Positions 39,238 to 47,910 of a stretch of 64,000 nt of DNA are shown here, piece after piece. Location: IMG/VR virus record IMGVR_UViG_3300045988_067909. The stretch is one strand, 5' to 3'. The translations under genes and the position numbers were made by a program. Positions within the stretch are counted from its first letter, which is position 1. Each line of letters starts with the position of its first letter. The notes beneath the pieces were generated by a model. That model ran no database searches, had not been told where the DNA came from, and was given only the letters and a program-made list of their open reading frames with translations. The DNA is from a virus.

Positions 39238-39264
39238 ATGATACTGAGGGTATAATGATAATAT

Positions 39265-39335
39265 CGTAAAACTGTTTTTTTAGTTGTATAATATAATGGT
39301 AATATCATGGTTATATATTTAGTTAATTAGAAAGG
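39265..39335 (+). promoter_or_regulatory. conserved promoter-like repeat copy
   Basis: cgtaaaactgtttttttagttgtataatataatggtaatatcatggttatatat. Confidence 0.45.
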
Positions 39336-39346
39336 AGATATATATC

Positions 39347-39805
39347 ATGAAATTCGTAATAGTACCTTGGTGGCAAAATGAAGACTATCTTGTAGTAAGA
39401 GCTATCCCTACTACGAAAGTAGAAAGGAACTCTTTAGAGATTCTAAAGTATGACATACAAGACGACTATGGTTATTGGGAACCACAAAAATTAGGGTTTG
39501 AGTTAGGCACTAAATACCTAAACGCCCTAGGATACCCAAACCTAACATTTTGGGGTGAGGATAGTCCGATAGAATGTCGGTTTGACCCAAGAGAACCAGA
39601 GGGTTATCAGTCTTACGATGTCACTGCTGCACCTCGAGATGTCGAGGTAATGGTTGCAGGCTATCGTTTACTAGGTCGTCATCGCAAGGTTGCCCGTATA
39701 CTTAAGGAAGTAAAAAGAAAAAATAAAGTATTCAATGAAGAAATTCTTCGTCATATGGATACTTGGGGATACCAAATTCCATACAGCACAGAGGAAGAAG
39801 AGTAG
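39347..39805 (+). CDS. hypothetical protein, paralogue of 43434-43844
   Basis: Shares AIPTTKVER, ILKYD and VAGYRLLGRHRKVARILK blocks with the 43434 gene. Confidence 0.5.
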   Translation: MKFVIVPWWQNEDYLVVRAIPTTKVERNSLEILKYDIQDDYGYWEPQKLGFELGTKYLNALGYPNLTFWGEDSPIECRFDPREPEGYQSYDVTAAPRDVEVMVAGYRLLGRHRKVARILKEVKRKNKVFNEEILRHMDTWGYQIPYSTEEEE

Positions 39806-39840
39806 GGTTTCCCTACTCTTCTCTCTTTTCTTTTTTTCTT
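39799..39840 (+). terminator. rho-independent terminator
   Basis: Hairpin agagtagggtttccctactct followed by a long T-rich run. Confidence 0.45.
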
Positions 39841-39914
39841 AGAGTAATAAAAATTATGGTTATATAATATAGCTATGACTCATTGGTTATATTTAATTTA
39901 AAGGAGGATTTAAA

Positions 39915-40382
39915 ATGAGTGGATTTATTGTTAGTGAAATTAAGAGTACAGAGCGTACTAAAAGGGACTTGTTTATAGATTTTCATAATTTTATAGGCTG
40001 TCTACCGTTAGGCACACATCAAAAGAAGTCAGTAGATAATGCTAGAAATAAACGTGTTGAAATTATCATAAGTGATACTGAAGATGAGGCTACTTTGATC
40101 ATAAAAGATCTTAATGTGGCTATAGAATATCGTCTATATGATAGACCGTTTGGTTTTAAAACCATTAAAGTAGATGATATTATTTATAATAATTTTGATA
40201 ACCTACATGAGATTGATACAATGGTAATAAAAAAGATAGTAGATAGTTTATTATATTGGGCTGCTAGTGCTTCTGATGGTAAACCGTATATTTTACCTAT
40301 GCATATATTTGATATGGCTACACGTATATATCAAGCATGTATCTTTATTGATTTTGCTAGACCGTTGGATGAGATTAATTAG
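39915..40382 (+). CDS. hypothetical protein
   Basis: Weaker promoter-like element (ttatggttatataatatag) and RBS aaaggaggatttaaaATG. Confidence 0.45.
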   Translation: MSGFIVSEIKSTERTKRDLFIDFHNFIGCLPLGTHQKKSVDNARNKRVEIIISDTEDEATLIIKDLNVAIEYRLYDRPFGFKTIKVDDIIYNNFDNLHEIDTMVIKKIVDSLLYWAASASDGKPYILPMHIFDMATRIYQACIFIDFARPLDEIN

Positions 40383-40394
40383 GAGGATAAAACT

Positions 40395-40895
40395 ATGAGT
40401 GAAATTAAAGATCTTTATGATGGCAAGTATCATCTTGTAAACAATGAGATTCTAAAGTACTTAAATAAGTTCTTTGGAAGTTTTAGTCCACTAGCTATTG
40501 GTGGAGAAACACCTGAGGGTGTAGATATTGAACCACCGATGGAAATAGTGAAAACTATGGAAACTAATTATGGCAATTGTAAGTGTACAATGAATCTATT
40601 AGACTTGAATATGAAATTCCATCTACTAGAAGTAATGGATGCTGAAACTAAAAGATTCACTTACATCTTTTATGCTTTGGAATTACCTACTGGTATCCAA
40701 GCAGGACAATTCTCTATTGGTGCTATAAAAGCAGAAATATTACGTGAAGCATTAGAGTATGTATGGAAGACTCTAATGTCTAGTTCTAAGTATAATGATA
40801 TTGGTATTGATAGTACAGATGCATATGAATTGCATTCTATTATTGATTATATCTATTATACTAAAACAGTAACTAGTTATGGATTCGATTTTTAA
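40395..40895 (+). CDS. hypothetical protein
   Basis: RBS ttaggaggataaaactATG. 166 aa. Confidence 0.45.
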   Translation: MSEIKDLYDGKYHLVNNEILKYLNKFFGSFSPLAIGGETPEGVDIEPPMEIVKTMETNYGNCKCTMNLLDLNMKFHLLEVMDAETKRFTYIFYALELPTGIQAGQFSIGAIKAEILREALEYVWKTLMSSSKYNDIGIDSTDAYELHSIIDYIYYTKTVTSYGFDF

Positions 40896-40908
40896 TAAGG
40901 GGTGTATT

Positions 40909-41409
40909 ATGAGTGAGTTTTTAAGAATAGCTAAAGAAGAAGATTTTGTATATGAAAAATATATACCAAGATTATTTAACGACTTCTTTAGTCGTGTACC
41001 ATTTGACAATGAAGATTTCAATTACTTCATCAAGAAGAATAGAATTGTAAATATACTAGAATCGAGTAATAACTATATCGGTTATGGCATTCATTTACAA
41101 GATATCAATGTATATATTGTATTACAGTTCAAATGTGTTGATGGATACATTACTGATACTAGAGTGGATTATTTTGTATTAGATCCATTTGGTAAAAATC
41201 CAGTAACTGTATTGAATAGGTATGCCTATAAATTAGATAGGGATATCGTTCGTGCTATATTTGATGATATGGCTAAGCTAATGGCAGAATTCAAATTTGA
41301 TTATCCTGAACACAATAGAATAAACGATAAGGAATTCTTTGACTTAGCGCAAGACTATTTTTATTTAGCAACTAAGGATGCTATTTATAATCCACAGGAG
41401 GAATATTAA
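40909..41409 (+). CDS. hypothetical protein
   Basis: RBS taaggggtgtattATG at 40909 (the ORF track start 40879 lacks an RBS). Confidence 0.4.
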   Translation: MSEFLRIAKEEDFVYEKYIPRLFNDFFSRVPFDNEDFNYFIKKNRIVNILESSNNYIGYGIHLQDINVYIVLQFKCVDGYITDTRVDYFVLDPFGKNPVTVLNRYAYKLDRDIVRAIFDDMAKLMAEFKFDYPEHNRINDKEFFDLAQDYFYLATKDAIYNPQEEY

Positions 41410-41410
41410 G

Positions 41411-42106
41411 ATGAACTGGAACTATACTATTGATGAAACTAAAAATAATAGCCCATTAGACTTGGCTAAAGAGATTATAGAACTCGTTAGCCCTGATGGT
41501 TATGGGCATTATAATCAGTATGGTGGATATGAAAATATTCATTATGGAGAAGTAAATATCACACGCAATACCAAATTGCATGAATTAGTATATGCTTCTA
41601 AAAATTATGGTGATATCATTGTCAAAGTAATTGAGCGTAATAATGTTGATGTATGCTATAATACAGTATGTGATATTATGATAGGTGATAAGCAATTCTT
41701 AGTTGATAGTGATCCTAAAGATGAAAGTGAGCGTTATTTCTCTTTCAACTATATGACTTGTGATCCAGAAACTGAAGAATATGTAGAAATCTCTGATACA
41801 GAATGCTTAGTAAAAGATTTAAAATATCTTTGTGAAGCATTGTTAGATATGGTAGAAACTAGTGGTGTAAAACATGGGTATCGGATTAATACTTACATGC
41901 TAAAGTACACACTAGACTATATCCAAATGGTTGAAGATGGTGAATTCGTTATAGATGATTTCTTCAACCATAATGATAGCTATTATTATAGTGCACATAC
42001 AAGAGCACATTATTTTGACGACCCAGAACCAAGACCAAACCCATATAAAGATCCTGAGTTTGATGAAGAATTCTGGGAAGCAGTAGAAAATAGAATGGAA
42101 AAATAA
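41411..42106 (+). CDS. hypothetical acidic protein
   Basis: RBS caggaggaatattaagATG at 41411. Confidence 0.45.
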   Translation: MNWNYTIDETKNNSPLDLAKEIIELVSPDGYGHYNQYGGYENIHYGEVNITRNTKLHELVYASKNYGDIIVKVIERNNVDVCYNTVCDIMIGDKQFLVDSDPKDESERYFSFNYMTCDPETEEYVEISDTECLVKDLKYLCEALLDMVETSGVKHGYRINTYMLKYTLDYIQMVEDGEFVIDDFFNHNDSYYYSAHTRAHYFDDPEPRPNPYKDPEFDEEFWEAVENRMEK

Positions 42107-42130
42107 TTATTATTTAGGAGGACTTTAACA

Positions 42131-42703
42131 ATGAAATTAGAAAACTTAGCATTTAACAAAACTTTAGGATTTGAACCAAAAGTAGAAGATATCAATGTAC
42201 CTAAACAAGGTGGTGGTACACTTAGAATGAAATCCACATCTAGAGAGTTTAGTTTCAATGGATGTCTATATACATGCAAGGTGATAATGGATTCTGATGA
42301 AAATGTTAAATTGATCAGATTGGCATATTCTAAGATTCCTACGGCACCAGTAAGAACACACATTGAGCTTACTGATATAGTAAGTAATGATGATGTCAAG
42401 AAATACTTTGAAACTATCTTACTAAGACTTAAAGTTTCTATAGATCAAATCTATAGAGAAACTAAAGCTGAAGGTGTTTTTGAATACATCAGGGATTTAG
42501 GTGGTATCTTAAAAATAGTAGACGGTAAAGTATATTTTGAATTGGATGGATTCAATATTAAGATTAAGCTAAATAGCAATGAAGAATGGGAAACTTACTT
42601 AAATGATAAGCAAATTTCCACTCATAAGACATTGCGTGATGCTGCTTATGATATAAACGATATTCGCAAAAAGAACTTTGCATTAATCCCTAATATTGTT
42701 TAG
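42131..42703 (+). CDS. hypothetical protein
   Basis: RBS ttaggaggactttaacaATG. 190 aa. Confidence 0.45.
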   Translation: MKLENLAFNKTLGFEPKVEDINVPKQGGGTLRMKSTSREFSFNGCLYTCKVIMDSDENVKLIRLAYSKIPTAPVRTHIELTDIVSNDDVKKYFETILLRLKVSIDQIYRETKAEGVFEYIRDLGGILKIVDGKVYFELDGFNIKIKLNSNEEWETYLNDKQISTHKTLRDAAYDINDIRKKNFALIPNIV

Positions 42704-42711
42704 ATAAACTA

Positions 42712-42760
42712 ATACAGGATAGTACAATGTACTATCCTGTATACTTTTCTTTTTTCTATG
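42712..42760 (+). terminator. rho-independent terminator (family copy)
   Basis: Hairpin atacaggatagtacaatgtactatcctgtat followed by acttttcttttttct. Confidence 0.5.
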
Positions 42761-42784
42761 TTACTAAGGGTATATTTGTAGTTT

Positions 42785-42855
42785 CGTAAAACTCAATTAT
42801 TTCAGTTATATACTATAATGGTAATATCATGGTTATATTATTTATTATACACAGG
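42785..42855 (+). promoter_or_regulatory. conserved promoter-like repeat copy
   Basis: cgtaaaactcaattatttcagttatatactataatggtaatatcatggttatattatt. Confidence 0.45.
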
Positions 42856-42866
42856 AGGAATATATC

Positions 42867-43271
42867 ATGACTACAAACACAAACACAGCAACTTTATCTT
42901 TAGTTTCTTGCCCAGAAGAAATGATGGCTAATTACTTTAGCCGTATTTCTGCTGAAAAGGCTGAAGGTATGAAGAAAGAGATTTTTGCTAAGTCTCAATC
43001 TGAACTAGAATCTCTTGTTAAAGCACTTAACGAGAATTTTAGTGCAGATACTTTTAATAGTGCTTTAGGTGATAGTGTGTCTGAAGAGTTATTTAATGAC
43101 TCGGACAACCTAAGACGCCATCTAAAGGACGAAGCTATTTCCACTATTAGTAAAATCCGTTCTTTCGTTAAGAACGGAAATAAGCAAGCACTATCTATCC
43201 TAGATTGGATGGAAGGGCTAGCTGTAGAACAAGCTAGTGATATCGTTAGAATCATTGAAGATAGACGATAA
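42867..43271 (+). CDS. hypothetical acidic helical protein (promoter-cassette gene)
   Basis: 134-aa ORF with RBS acaggaggaatatatcATG. Confidence 0.5.
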   Translation: MTTNTNTATLSLVSCPEEMMANYFSRISAEKAEGMKKEIFAKSQSELESLVKALNENFSADTFNSALGDSVSEELFNDSDNLRRHLKDEAISTISKIRSFVKNGNKQALSILDWMEGLAVEQASDIVRIIEDRR

Positions 43272-43277
43272 AAGATA

Positions 43278-43320
43278 AGGGTGGAGACAATGTCTCCACC
43301 CTACTCTTATTTACTTTTTC
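43278..43320 (+). terminator. rho-independent terminator, family GGGT-R-GAGACAATGTCTC-Y-ACCC
   Basis: Hairpin agggtggagacaatgtctccaccct. A covarying copy (A:T instead of G:C) sits at 43850-43878. Confidence 0.5.
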
Positions 43321-43348
43321 TATGATACTGGTGGTATAGTACGTATAT

Positions 43349-43420
43349 CGTAAAACTCTTTTTTTTAATTGTATACTATAATGGTAATATTCATGGTTAT
43401 ATATTTATTATTTATACAGA
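43349..43420 (+). promoter_or_regulatory. conserved promoter-like repeat copy
   Basis: cgtaaaactcttttttttaattgtatactataatggtaatattcatggttatatat. Confidence 0.45.
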
Positions 43421-43433
43421 AAGGAATATCATC

Positions 43434-43844
43434 ATGAAACTTATAAAACGTCAATTCGAAGAAAATGCTTATGTATCCACAGTAGCCATCCCAACTACAG
43501 AGGTGGAGCGCAAAATGATCCAAGCATTAAAGTACGATTTGATTTCTGAGGAGCCAGAAATTTGTAACTGGCACCCAGAATGGTTAGGCGAAAGCCTAGC
43601 CATTGAATATGCTAATGCGCTTGGACATAGTTGGGTTGACTTCTATGGTACTGATGAGTACATGGTAGTAGTTGATCCAGAGGGCACGTATGTTATTACT
43701 GCAACCCCTAGTAATTTAGAAACATTGATTGCAGGTTATCGCCTACTTGGTCGCCATCGTAAGGTGGCAATGATCTTGAAAAAGATCAAGAAGCTTGGTA
43801 TTGAAGACATGGTATCAAACATGACACCAGGCCGTCAAGCATAA
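43434..43844 (+). CDS. hypothetical protein, paralogue of 39347-39805
   Basis: Shares VAIPTTEVER, ALKYD and IAGYRLLGRHRKVAMILKK blocks with the 39347 gene. Confidence 0.5.
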   Translation: MKLIKRQFEENAYVSTVAIPTTEVERKMIQALKYDLISEEPEICNWHPEWLGESLAIEYANALGHSWVDFYGTDEYMVVVDPEGTYVITATPSNLETLIAGYRLLGRHRKVAMILKKIKKLGIEDMVSNMTPGRQA

Positions 43845-43849
43845 AAATA

Positions 43850-43896
43850 TAGGGTAGAGACAATGTCTCTACCCTAATCTTATTTTATTTTTTTAA
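43850..43896. terminator. bidirectional terminator
   Basis: Hairpin tagggtagagacaatgtctctaccctaatc followed by a T-run. Convergent with the minus-strand thyA gene ending at 43893. Confidence 0.5.
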
Positions 43897-44204
43897 ACAG
43901 CAACTACCATAGGGAGTTTACCCATATGGAAGTAGTTATCCACAATTACGCTATCTGGAGTAAAGTCATAGAAGTCTTGTACACTACCATTAATAACCAA
44001 TCTAGGCTCTTGTGTTGGTAGATTACCAGACTCATAACGTTTAATTTGTTCTTGTAAAGCTTCTATATGATTCTCATATATATGCATATTATTTACGATA
44101 TGAGTAAACTTACCAGGTTTAAGTTTACATACATGAGCTATCATATGAACTAGCATAGCGTATTGTGTTGTATTGAACGGGATTCCTAATCCCGTATCCC
44201 CCGA
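43893..44204 (-). CDS. thyA: thymidylate synthase, exon 2 (C-terminal part)
   Basis: SGDTGLGIPFNTTQYAMLVHMIAHVC...VAV parallels E. coli ThyA [26 protein letters not shown]...VAI. Reading frame continuous with exon 1 after intron removal. Confidence 0.8.
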   Translation of the reverse strand, partial: SGDTGLGIPFNTTQYAMLVHMIAHVCKLKPGKFTHIVNNMHIYENHIEALQEQIKRYESGNLPTQEPRLVINGSVQDFYDFTPDSVIVDNYFHMGKLPMVVAV

Positions 44205-44491
44205 CAAAGTGTTCTAGTATGGTCGTTAATCATACTACGTTCTCTTATGAACTGCTATATATTTCTATATAGATCAGACTATATCACGATCCGTCCCTGG
44301 TAGGACCCCAAACGTTTCCACCCACTTAGGTGTACTCTACTCACTTACAGATATACTGTATGCTTTCGATAGTCGTTGAACACAAATCTATTATAGATTC
44401 TTCGTAAATGATTATCGTATAAGTAAATTATACGACGTTCCATTTTTAGTAAGGTTATTCGATGTATATTACTATACAAAGGCGCCCGTTA
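44205..44491 (-). other. group I self-splicing intron (no ORF) interrupting thymidylate synthase
   Basis: The 5' exon ends in U (…CAGCGU) and the intron ends in G (…ACUUUG), as required for group I splicing. Intron RNA contains R-like GUUCAACGACUAUCG (plus coords 44363-44382, reverse complement). S-like GAUAUAGUCUGAUC (44271-44284, reverse complement) pairs with R as GACUA/UAGUC to form P7. The 287 nt are too short for a homing endonuclease. Confidence 0.8.
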
Positions 44492-44980
44492 ACGCTGGAG
44501 GAGTATGCAGTTTAATTTATCTTCTTGAACATCCCATAGTGTCTCATAAGCACATGGTTGTAGTGCCATATCTGGGAGATCTTCTATGTTCCAGAGGGTA
44601 ACTATCATACGTCTGCTATCTGGATCAGTTTTAATAGTATTGATAAGATTGTCTAGTTGATTGTATTTAGCAATCTGATATCCATAGGCTTTGCCTATAG
44701 TACCATCTTCTCTCATCCATTCATCCCATACATGACAACCCATCTTTTGTAGCTCACGTACATCATTGGATTGCATTTGCCAGATCCATAATAGTTCTTT
44801 AAGAGCAGTCTTAGCTGCTACAAACTTAGATGATAAGATAGGGAATTCTTCTTGTAAATCAAACTGCATGATTTGGTGTGGTAACTTATATGTCGGAATA
44901 CCTGTACGGTTATTACTATATGTACCGTGGTCTAAGATATTCTTTACAATATCAATATACTGCTTATCTGCGGTTCTCAT
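44492..44980 (-). CDS. thyA: thymidylate synthase, exon 1 (N-terminal part)
   Basis: [42 protein letters not shown] parallels ThyA [38 protein letters not shown]. Catalytic-Cys context [24 protein letters not shown] matches [24 protein letters not shown]. Confidence 0.85.
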
Positions 44981-45060
44981 TTATATACCTCCTGTGGAAT
45001 TAAAAAAAATATATTTATATTAGGGTGTGAACTCTATATTAAATTACAATGTGGTGATAT

Positions 45061-45140
45061 CGTAAAACTTGATTATTTCAGTTATATACTATAATGGTAA
45101 TACAATGGTTATATATTTATTTAGTTAATTAATCAAGGAG
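45061..45140 (+). promoter_or_regulatory. conserved promoter-like repeat copy
   Basis: cgtaaaacttgattatttcagttatatactataatggtaatacaatggttatatat. Confidence 0.45.
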
Positions 45141-45150
45141 GATATTAACC

Positions 45151-45546
45151 ATGGCACTTTTACACGATTTAGAAAATTTAAGTGTGTTATCTTATAATGA
45201 AATTGTTGAAGGTATTAACAATTTCAAGCATACAATGAAAACATACTTAGATGAAACACAAGACATTGTAGACTTATTACTTTTCTTAAGTGATAGTATT
45301 GGGATGAGTATCCCGGTATTTTCAGATGAAGAAAAAGTAAAAATGTTTACCTTGGGTTTTGCATATTCCACGGCTAATATCGCATTATCTATTTTGGCAA
45401 AAAACAGTGCTATCACATTTGAAGAGCATTGTAATCTTGCTGATTTAGTCTTCGATTATCGCAGTGAGTTTGCAGAACTTGTTGCAACAAAAATTATTGA
45501 AGCATTTGAACGCAAATGTGAAGAGAATAAGAATAATGTAGCATAA
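45151..45546 (+). CDS. hypothetical protein (promoter-cassette gene)
   Basis: 131-aa ORF with RBS atcaaggaggatattaaccATG. Followed by hairpin aggggtggtttatccacccct at 45553-45573 and a T-run. Confidence 0.5.
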   Translation: MALLHDLENLSVLSYNEIVEGINNFKHTMKTYLDETQDIVDLLLFLSDSIGMSIPVFSDEEKVKMFTLGFAYSTANIALSILAKNSAITFEEHCNLADLVFDYRSEFAELVATKIIEAFERKCEENKNNVA

Positions 45547-45666
45547 GTTTATAGGGGTGGTTTATCCACCCCTAATACTTAATTATTTTTTTTTGTAATC
45601 AGGATTTGAATTATATAATATAATTACGATACAGTGGCTATATTATATTTTAGAAAGGAGATTTAG

Positions 45667-45837
45667 AATGAGACGAAAGTATAGTTTTGATAATTTTATG
45701 GATATACTTCCATTAATTATCACAATACTAATAGTAACTGTAGTATGGGTTTACATGGACCTAGATTATGACAGACTATTTCATATGATAGCTTGTGTAA
45801 CTGCTGGGTTTATAGTAAGTATAGTATTAGATAGGTA
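45667..45837 (+). CDS. small membrane protein 1 of a 7-gene cluster (56 aa, below the ORF-track cutoff)
   Basis: RBS gaaaggagatttagaATG. Hydrophobic core ILPLIITILIVTVVWVY and IACVTAGFIVSIVL. Confidence 0.35.
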
Positions 45838-45867
45838 ATTTATTTAAAAGAAGGGATGATTAAAAGA

Positions 45868-45992
45868 ATGGAAACTTTATTTAATGGTATTAGATGGTTT
45901 GTAGATGCAAACTATATGATTATTGGTATGCTAGTTATAGCTACTATGATTGCTTTTGTAGAGACTACGAAAGTTGGTGATGATAATGAGTA
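45868..45992 (+). CDS. small membrane protein 2 (41 aa)
   Basis: RBS aaagaagggatgattaaaagaATG. Hydrophobic segment MIIGMLVIATMIAFV. Confidence 0.3.
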
Positions 45993-46552
45993 AGATTCAA
46001 TACATTCTTCTTACATTACTATCTGGTGGGTCTGGTACATATATTATGCTACATAGCGATCAAGACCCTTATTGGCTAAGCAGAACCATTATGTGTTTCA
46101 CATTGGTCGTACTATTCTGCTTTGCTTGGTATCACAATAGATACGTTGATAATATTCGTCTTATACGTGTGACTGCTGATATGCTGGTGAACCATAGCAA
46201 CGAAACACCAGAAACGGTTAAAGACAGAATTGAACAAGCGAAAACAGATGAAACATTATCAGACGTTAAACGTGCAGAAGTTATTAATGGTCTTGAACAA
46301 GTTTTGGAGTTGTTCAAACTATTCAATACTATGCCAACTATGGAAGAGATTACTAAAAGAAGTAATAATAATTGGTATATGGTTATAATCTTAACATTAA
46401 TTCTACTTATTAATGTATCATGGTTAAATGATACGTTCGCTATGATTAGTACATTAATATTAATGGTAGCATACATTGTGCTCCAGGTTCGAAGTATTAA
46501 ATTAGTAAGAGGTAAACCTGATGGAAAAGGAAAAACGTCTCTTTGGAAGTAA
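45986..46552 (+). CDS. membrane protein 3
   Basis: Start ATG at 45986 overlapping the previous stop (ATGAGTAAG). TM segments at the N-terminus (ILLTLLSGGSGTYIML, FTLVVLFCFAWY) and C-terminus (MVIILTLILLINVSW, MISTLILMVAYIVL). Confidence 0.45.
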   Translation: MSKIQYILLTLLSGGSGTYIMLHSDQDPYWLSRTIMCFTLVVLFCFAWYHNRYVDNIRLIRVTADMLVNHSNETPETVKDRIEQAKTDETLSDVKRAEVINGLEQVLELFKLFNTMPTMEEITKRSNNNWYMVIILTLILLINVSWLNDTFAMISTLILMVAYIVLQVRSIKLVRGKPDGKGKTSLWK

Positions 46553-46934
46553 AATCTTCCTAGAAATTTTCTCTTCAGAGCTTATTACATTGATATGCTC
46601 TAATATATTAGTATCTATATTAGTGTATAAAGAAATATATGCATTGGCTTTTATTAATATAGTAATAGGCGGGTATATCATTTCTGTACAAAGTGGAGAT
46701 ATTTCTTCCAACAAGTTCATTATTAACCATTTAGAAGATGGGCTTGTTAAATTTAATGAGCTTACTGGTGGTAAGATTAAAACCAATCTTCTTAATAATA
46801 CTAGTAAGCGTATTGCTATCGAAGAAGCATTAAAGAATGCTGTCAATGGTAGTGGAGAGGTATTTGTAGTTGCTTTATTGGTTACTATAGTGGATATTAT
46901 AGTTTTAGTGTTTAAAGGGTTAGGGGCGTTCTAA
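46521..46934 (+). CDS. membrane protein 4
   Basis: Hydrophobic segments LITLICSNILVSILVY, LAFINIVIGGYIISV, VFVVALLVTIVDIIVLVF. Confidence 0.4.
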   Translation: MEKEKRLFGSKIFLEIFSSELITLICSNILVSILVYKEIYALAFINIVIGGYIISVQSGDISSNKFIINHLEDGLVKFNELTGGKIKTNLLNNTSKRIAIEEALKNAVNGSGEVFVVALLVTIVDIIVLVFKGLGAF

Positions 46935-46935
46935 A

Positions 46936-47097
46936 ATGCTAACCATTTTGATGTATATAATCTTACCAGTGTTAATGGCTTTTACTTTTATGCTAGCGTT
47001 GTATAAAATACTTCATAAGAAATATGAGTATATATTTATTATGGTAATGCTAGCTGGGTTGTTCCACTGGTGGATTACATACCACGGAGGTATTTAA
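46936..47097 (+). CDS. small membrane protein 5 (53 aa, below the ORF-track cutoff)
   Basis: MLTILMYIILPVLMAFTFMLALY...IFIMVMLAGLFHWW. Start is 1 nt after the previous stop. Confidence 0.3.
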   Translation: MLTILMYIILPVLMAFTFMLALYKILHKKYEYIFIMVMLAGLFHWWITYHGGI

Positions 47098-47164
47098 TGC
47101 TAAGCTGAGTATAGTCATTGACTATACTCAGTTTCTTTATGTTTATTATAGTGAGAGGTGTATA

Positions 47165-47497
47165 ATGAAACTTATAATGTGTCTTATAGCTTTCCATGCT
47201 ATAATGACAGTTGGTGCTGATTGGGCTATAAACTATCAGCAAGACTTATATAGAATTCTATTAGTATATGTCCCAGGCATATTAGGTTCTATAGGGATAA
47301 TACTATATATGAATATTAGGCTTAGATTAGATGAAATAGCTGATCATATAGATAAGAGCAAGAAAGCTAGAATAGACTATGCTATGGTTACTAAGACTTG
47401 TCATAACTATGGAAGAAAGCTTATGGTATTTCTAGTAGCAATATATATTCTATGGGTGATTGAGATGATTGTAGTTAATATTATAGGGATGGTATAA
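47165..47497 (+). CDS. membrane protein 6
   Basis: RBS gtgagaggtgtataATG. TM segments LIMCLIAFHAIMTVGA, GILGSIGIILYM, LMVFLVAIYILWVIEMIVV. Confidence 0.45.
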   Translation: MKLIMCLIAFHAIMTVGADWAINYQQDLYRILLVYVPGILGSIGIILYMNIRLRLDEIADHIDKSKKARIDYAMVTKTCHNYGRKLMVFLVAIYILWVIEMIVVNIIGMV

Positions 47498-47498
47498 G

Positions 47499-47858
47499 AT
47501 GGAAAGAATAGCACAAGAGATAATTAAGAGAACTGGATATGTTATTGGTATAGTAGTTATACTACTGCTGATAGTGTTAAATGTAAAAACATTCCCATCA
47601 TTTAGGGAATGGTATGCATTTATATTTATGCCAGGTGCTATATTCTTAATACTGATGACTTATAACTTTATAACTTATAGTATGTCTAAATACTCAATGA
47701 ATGGTAATACTGAACAAGAGATATTACGTAATAGAGCTAAGTCTAAGCAGACTTGTATACGTTTCTCTCGTGGTATTACTGTATATGGTGTTGGTATAGT
47801 CTTATGGTATATGCTAGCCTTCATAGGGTCTATTATAAACAATCTACCACAATTCTAA
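47499..47858 (+). CDS. membrane protein 7
   Basis: Coupled start (TAAGATG). TM segments YVIGIVVILLLIVL, FIFMPGAIFLILMTY, GVGIVLWYMLAFIGSII. Confidence 0.45.
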   Translation: MERIAQEIIKRTGYVIGIVVILLLIVLNVKTFPSFREWYAFIFMPGAIFLILMTYNFITYSMSKYSMNGNTEQEILRNRAKSKQTCIRFSRGITVYGVGIVLWYMLAFIGSIINNLPQF

Positions 47859-47870
47859 GACAAAAGATAT

Positions 47871-47910
47871 CCCCATATAGGCATTGCCTATATGGGGTAT
47901 ATTATTTTTT
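47871..47910 (+). terminator. rho-independent terminator, TATAGGCATTGCCTATA hairpin family
   Basis: Hairpin ccccatataggcattgcctatatgggg followed by tatattatttttt. Confidence 0.55.
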
